DNA of 55,382 nt, the filler included, from Sphacelaria rigidula (lineage: Eukaryota): the NCBI GenBank assembly GCA_964200075.2. It is 6 parts of 6 records of this genome, joined end to end, with 100 filler letters (N's around TTAATTAATTAA, not from the genome) between each part and the next. Parts side by side here need not be neighbours in the genome. Positions count along the whole stretch, not along the records: positions 46,237 to 55,382 come from CAXNAA020009184.1; 5 more parts are not named here. One strand, written 5' to 3'. Of this stretch, positions 48,940-55,382 are shown in pieces (positions within the stretch are counted from its first letter, which is position 1; every line of letters starts with the position of its first letter). The notes beneath the pieces were generated by a model. That model was not told where the DNA came from. It saw only the letters and a program-made list of their open reading frames with translations, and searched no databases. A program made the position numbers and the translations under genes.

Positions 48940-51900
48940 ATGGTACCCGATATGGAACTGGCGCAGCGGTGCTGGGTGGCCGTAAGAAAGGGAGATCCAG
49001 CAGCCGCTGCGGGTATCCTGAAGACAATACAAGAGAATAATATGGCGCCTTGGTACGCGCACCTCTGCCAACATCATCCCGGGCTCTTCCCTCCAGATGA
49101 GGCTCTGTTGGCAAAGATGAAGGAGGCCAACGAGGCGGAGATGAAGCGTATATCACAGGTGAAATATGAAGTATACACTGTACTGTCCTGCGGGCAAAGA
49201 CACAAAAATCCCCGCCAGGGGTGATATACATTACGTACTTTTTTTTTCAGCCCAAACGGGGGGGAAACAAGGTTGTCCATCAAGTTGAAATATACCCCGG
49301 TGTAGGCATGGGGTATGCTGAGGGTATGTCAGCACACGGCGGTGCAACACGGTGGAGCCCGCGATGTACTGTGTATGGTTGCACTTATTTTTGGCCCCGG
49401 TACAATGACCCAGGTACATGTTTTGTCTATCCACGAATCGCGCATCGTATTTTAAGTAGTACCATCAAGTATAGCCTCGGTAGGAAGATATCAAGTTGTG
49501 TACAAGAGTCCTCCCGGGTGTCTGGACGACCGTTACATCTGGATGGGGTGAGCATAGCAATGTGCCTTGTGGTAGTATCCACAAGACTCCGCGGAAGACC
49601 CCCAAACCTCTGTAAATCCAGCGCTCCTTGGCAATGCGAGTCGTGACACCGCGAACAAAATCGCGCGCATTGCTGGTAATCCGTTATACTGATAACCGTT
49701 CAAAGTCGATGTCCAGAGTACCCTGAGCTGTACACTGACAGCACAAGTGCTGAAAACGTTTGCTTGCCCCCAATGTGGTCGAGATACATCATGAACAATA
49801 CACGACTTGATCATCTATGTTCATATTGATATGACCTTGTGAGGGGACCCCCTGACCTTGACCGCTACGTTCGTCACGTGTAACTTTAGTTTTTATCCTC
49901 TCCTGTATTTAATCCGCCTTCGCACACGGAAACCACAGGCATTAGAGGTTGCGGAGGAAGGAGGAGGCGACATGGAGGTTCTGGACGCCCAGTTCGAAAA
50001 AGCGAAAGTGTGTGCGAGGATCGGAGACAAAGCGGGGGCCTACGCGGCATACAACACCATCGCCGAGAAGGCAAAGATCTCCACGGGCAAGAAGATCGAC
50101 GCGGTTATGGCAAAGACGCGCGTGGCCCTTTTTTACCTCGAGACCCAACAGGTGCCGATTTGTGTGTATGTGTGTGTTTGTGGCACGATGTTCGCACAAG
50201 TCATTGCCAAAACAACGCAATTTACTCGGAGACATGATGACGGTTCTCGCTGTCTTTCTTTTCTTGCTTGTTGATGTTTCGCTGATATAGAATTGCCGGA
50301 GGTTGAGAAAACATGCCGTATGCCTTCAGTATACGGTACCTGGTCACCTCTCATGAGAAGCAGGCATAGTAGGTTGCGGAGCGTATCACTCGAGGCGACG
50401 CGAAACCTGGCTCCAGTGTTCCCGTGAACTGCGGCGTGTGCCACGCCGCCGAAGGTGGTGTGTCCAGAAAATCGCGTAGAGATCACGTCGGCAAACAGAA
50501 TCTTACGGCAGTGCGGAGCCTCTCTGTCGTGGAGAAGAGTCGAGCGTGGATTGAATTCCTTATCGGACCGATGGTATACTCTTGACACCACACGGTACTC
50601 ATTGAAGTGGCCCTAAAGGAGAAAGGCATGGTGGTGGCCAACACTTCCTGAACTTCTCCCAGTATCGGGATACAACTACATCTAAATGGCGTCAATTCCA
50701 ACAGGTACCAGAATGCAAGGCGAATCCTACTCGCCGGGGACCCCTGTGCTGGATTTTCCACGGCCCTAATCCCGTTATCCTCGCACGCTGTGCCCAGGCA
50801 TGCTTACCATGATCTGCGCTCAAACTGTTGTACGCACTATGCTGATTTTTTCATGAGCCGCCACTATCACCGCCGTCTCACTACGTCCAATCCCTGCTGC
50901 CAACCGCACCACTGAACGTCACTACTATGTGTTCATGCTTTTTCAGGTGAAGGCGGGTATTGAGCAAGCGAAGAAGCTGATCGACCTCGGGGGGGACTGG
51001 GATCGGCGGAACCGGCTCAAGGTGTACGAGGCGGTGCACCTCATTACGGCGAGGGACGTGAAGGGTGCGGCGGCGCTGCTGCTGGAGTGCGTGTCGACGT
51101 TCACGTGCACAGAGTTGTGCAGCTACAACGACTTCATCTTGTACACTGTGGTGACCAACGTCCTGGCCCTCCCGAGGACGACCTTGAAGAAGAAGATCGT
51201 CGACGGACCGGAGGTGTGTGCGAGTATATCGTGGGTGTGAAGGCGTGTTTGCGCTCTTCCTATAATGGCGAGGAGGTGCTTCGTTCTTTTTTTGTATTCG
51301 GACGATGATTTGTTCTTCAAACCTCTGCTTGTATTAGTGCCGTAGCGGACGTTGTTATCCTTTTCGCACTAGACGCATAGATTACAGGCAGTGTTTTGTT
51401 TCCACCCCATGTTTCAACATGTCATCTTGCGGCAGAAAGCAGTACTGCGCATGTTTTGTTTTTCCGCACCACGTGACGAGTTTTCCCTTAACGTTTTTGG
51501 AACCCATTGACGATTTTTGTGATTATAAATTGGCATGATGTCCAGTCATTTTCAAGTCACGATGATGCCGATTCACGAACACAAAAATCGTCAATGAGTT
51601 CCGAAAGGGTTAATATCGTGATGACGTCCCTTCCGTTTATTCGCTGAATGCCAGAGAGTATATTATACGAACGTCTAATATGCCCTCCTTGTTGTCTAAT
51701 GTTACACCATATTCTCTTTGATTGTTTTCCTTGTGTGTGTGTTTTATCTTCTCGAACAGGTGTTGGCCGTGATCGGTGAAATCCCCAACATATCAGCCCT
51801 GGTGAACAGCCTGTACGACTGCCGGTACCGCGACTTCATGTATGCGGTGGTGGAGCTCAACGGGCAGCTTGAAGATGACCGTTACTTCGCTACACATGTC

Positions 51901-53111
51901 AGGTACCTCATCCGCGAGCTTCGCATCCTGGGCTACACGCAGTTCTTGGACGCGTACAAGTCGGTGGTGATGGCGACTATGGCGGCGGCGTTCGGCGTAG
52001 GGGAAGCGTTTCTAGACACTGAGCTGTCTAGGTTTATCGCCGCCGGCCGATTGAATGCTAAGATCGACAAGGTACGATTGGGATGGGATCGCGAGGCGCC
52101 CGGGGAGAAAGATGGGGGGGGAGAGAGGTTAGGATGATTTTTTCTTAGCAAGCATCGGCATATTAATTTGTGCTGGTGGTCCTAGGGGGTCGATCTGCGT
52201 TGAGGGGTAATGAATGCCATTTTGTTCCCTTCTGGTGTAAACTCGTTCGCTCGCGCTGTAATGCAGATGTGAGATGTGTATTTATCAGATATATATATAT
52301 ATATACTGTATGTAGTTGCATTTTGTAAAATGTCGGTATATCTTGACACCTCACTGAAGCCGGACCAACGATTGAGCCGGCGCCGTTGTTCCCGCCGTCG
52401 CAAGGTGCAGTATCTAGTTCATTTGTGGGAGAACATAGCGCGACCAATTGTATTATCAACCCGCACTTTATTCTCTGGCCCAGTGGTGTCGTTGGGTTGG
52501 GCACTCTGCCGCTGTCTTCCACGTGTAGGGTTGCCTGTTTCTACCGTGTCCGGCGGGCTGCCCGTACTCCGAATACTGTATGTGTAACGGGGGCAGTTTT
52601 GGACATGCACAGTGAAAGGATCTGCTGGCGTAGTGAATGCCACTGTTTGCTGCATGGAAGAAAGGGGGTCACCGCGAGCGTAAAACATGCATCACGTTGC
52701 TGTTCGTCCTCAGCGTCGTAGTACGAAGCGTTCAACTCCATTTTTTTTTCGCGATACTGTACACGCCACTTGAATATTGTACACGCCAGTCGCAACGTGA
52801 CGGATACACATGTTATCGCAACTGAACCCATTGTGTCTCTTTTTTTCCTTTTTTGCTTGTCTTTTGTTACTGTTTTCGAATGCTAAACTGGTGACCCATT
52901 TTCGTCCCGTACGCTGTGTCACCAACATTATTGTCCCCCCCCCCTTTATTCCTTTTCCTGGGTTCTGCGTGTGTTTCGTGTGTGTCAGGTGGGAGGTGTC
53001 GTGGAGACTAACCGTCCTGACAGCAAGAACGCGCAGTACCAGGCTTGCATCAAGCAGGGAGACTTGCTGCTCAACCGAGTGCAAAAACTGGGGCGGGTCG
53101 TCGATGCATGA
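48940..53111 (+). CDS. RPN7: 26S proteasome non-ATPase regulatory subunit RPN7 (PSMD6); exons 48940-49158, 49939-50151, 50947-51213, 51760-52071, 52989-53111 (~377 aa)
   Basis: Diagnostic motifs [100 protein letters not shown], then TGA. All introns are GT-AG phase 0. A short extra upstream exon is possible. Confidence 0.96.
51492..51609. mobile_element. 118-bp TTAA-flanked MITE in RPN7 intron 3
   Basis: TTAA|CGTTTTTGGAACCCATTGACGATTTTTGTG ... CACAAAAATCGTCAATGAGTTCCGAAAGGG|TTAA. Confidence 0.85.
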
Positions 53112-53756
53112 TTGCGGGTGTTCTGGAGTGGTTCGTGTTCGACAAATGAATGCGCCCTTCCTTCTTTTTTCCCATCTTGTTTTACTAGCGGCATAGTTTT
53201 GCAATCGTCGGACCCAGAGTCGGTTGACGAGATGGTCGAAATACGGTCTTACGACGTGATGCTGACTTTTTGACGGAAGCAGCAGCAGCCTCGGTTTATG
53301 CACACACTTGGTGTACTTTCAAGGCAAAGCGCCAGGTTCCATGAAAACGCACTGCAGTTACGAGTGTAGTACCTGGTGATTTTCTGTTGCGAGGCGCCTC
53401 AGATGCCGGTGTCACTGATGACTGCTTTGCTGCATGCCACAACTGTCGATTGGGCTAATTTTGTTCGCTCTGGACAATCACACGCGCATCTGTCATACTT
53501 TTTACCCCTCCCCTTCCCCGGAGATGAGTCCGCTGTCTCGAGGAATCGTCCCATCTCCCTCCCGGCGACCAGCCCGATATTTCGTTGTGGGGAATTTTGG
53601 ATGATGACCACTCTCGCACCCCGTGAACTCTCGTCGACTTCTTCTCCCTACTCGCGTCCTCGCGCTTTCAATGACGCAAACCAGATTCCGCTTGAACGCA
53701 AGACTGTAATAAGTCGGGACCCCAATCGGCAGTCCTCCAACCTCGCTGGTTCTTAG

Positions 53757-54310
53757 TGTAACCCCTCTGTCCCATAAGCAAAGGTATCTAAATTTGTAGG
53801 GGCCCTTAATGATATCCGATCGTTTTTTTTATTTTTTCTAATGAACTCTACGGTATTTTTTGGGTTCAGAAAATATGTTTAAAATTTGCAGCTCGCGCTT
53901 GAACCATGCCGCCGAACGGCTGCAAAAAAAGTAGTGGGCCGAAAAATGACCGCTTTTTGCCCCTTTCCGAGGGGAAAAAAGTGTCGTTTTTTTTGTTATC
54001 GCGTGGAACTTTCCGGCATCCTGGCAGCAAGCCCCAGTGTAGGCGGAGGCGATTTTAAACACCAAAATGATTAAAAAAAAATGACAATTTTTTCCCCTCT
54101 GAAAGGGGCAAAAAAGGGCCATTTTTGGGCCGACTACTTTTTTTGCAGCCGTTCGGCGGCATGGTTCAAGCACGAGCTGCAAATTTTGAACACATTTCCT
54201 TAACCCAAAAAACACCGTAGAGTTCATGAAAAAAGAGAATAAACGATCGGACATCGTTAAGGGCCCGTACAAATTTAGGTACCTTTACTTATGGGACAGA
54301 GGAGGTTCCA
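53757..54310. mobile_element. ~550-bp foldback MITE with ~240-bp inverted arms
   Basis: 53760-54000 is the reverse complement of ~54065-54307 (CCTCTGTCCCATAAG.AAAGGTA.CTAAATTTGTA...TGAACCATGCCGCCGAACGGCTGCAAAAAAA). Confidence 0.9.
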
Positions 54311-55382
54311 GTTGGACCATTGGAGCGAGGCGGCGAGCTTTACCCCCACATTTTTTATGCGGGCCCTTCCACGAGTGTTGAATAGCAGAAAAGGTGCGCC
54401 TGCATTGCGGGAAAGGAACCAAAGGATGTGTTCACGCCGCGATATCTATTTATTTGTCGACGGAGCGATTCTGGTCAACGATGCTTCTTTCCGTGTGTGT
54501 AGTGTTGGGCCTTTTGGTCGGCAAGACGATACAATAACACGCGAAAGTTAACTTTAACTTGTAACACTACACGAACGATCCAGGTGTGAACTCATCCTCC
54601 CGCGGTATTTTGTCTTTTGCATTACTTTTTTTATACACAGCCTGTGTTTGTGTGTGTGTTTTCAGTTCATTCTGTGCGTCTGCTCCATCTTTTTGTTTTC
54701 TTCACTTTCCCCCAGCGAATGTTTTCGCTTCGTTTTATATCGGGTACGTCTGTCTATCGTGTGACGACGACTGGTTTCCTGGGGGGATTGAGTCTAAGAC
54801 AATCAACGAATCAATACGGAGTACAGTGTGTGCGAATGTACGAGTATGTCCACTCAATTTTATGAGAAGATACCAAAACGCATAACAAATCGAAATCGGG
54901 GAGAAACTGTCCACGGTTAGGACGAATCATCACGGGTTCGAATCACCACGCAACTTTTGGGCCATTCCATGTGTCTGGGCTGCGTGTACCTGGGTTGCAA
55001 CGCTGAAAACAAAGCCTAGGAACTGACTAGTACTATTCTAATCAATGACTCTAAAACCAAGTAATTGTTTGGTGGGACCTCGCGAGGGCTTATGAACCAA
55101 AAAAAGTGAGGCCGTTTGGTATTTTTTTTCACTGGTTTAGGGCGCTTGAGTATGGGAACGGCCATTTTTTAATGAGAACGCCCGAACCTCCAAATAAAAC
55201 CAAAGGCGCGTTTTTTTTAAACACAGTAGTACCTCTACACCTCGGTGGTTCTCCATGCTAGGTTTCAAATCACAACAAACAGAGGATTCTATAAAATGAG
55301 GTTCATCAATGAAATGAGGTTCGAGCCCAAAACACTACTTTCTCCACACTTTCAGCGATGGTGCCCGATGACTTTTTTGTCG

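Noticed and set aside
1..55382. CRISPR array, Fanzor/TnpB, viral genes, or a functional cluster of eIF5B, MAP3K and RPN7
   Set aside because: No repeat-spacer array, RuvC motifs or viral hallmark proteins seen; the three genes lie in separate artificially joined blocks.

Overview
Eukaryotic, intron-rich, repeat-rich DNA of about 50% GC. Gene and repeat style suggests a stramenopile, probably a brown alga (inference). The window is not one native contig: five identical 100-nt linkers (N44-TTAATTAATTAA-N44) recur every 9247 nt and split it into six ~9147-nt blocks, so cross-block synteny cannot be trusted. Block 1 has four phase-0 exons of a Lys/Glu-rich protein resembling the eIF5B N-terminus (minus). 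Block 2 has a STE11/MEKK-type MAP3K (minus), cut off by the linker. Block 3 is a diverged quasi-palindrome of a ~2-kb unit around a Ty3/Gypsy chromodomain, PPT and LTR. Block 4 has an orphan exon, MITEs and hairpins, and two DIRS/Ngaro tyrosine-recombinase relics. Block 5 has a full-length but decayed 3.95-kb pogo/Tigger-like transposon, piggyBac-type MITEs and a tRNA-derived SINE; the spliced transposase starts with a degenerate PHD-like finger. Block 6 has a near-complete five-exon RPN7/PSMD6 gene and a long foldback MITE. I found no convincing intact novel multi-gene system. The best lead is the PHD-like-finger/pogo transposase fusion.
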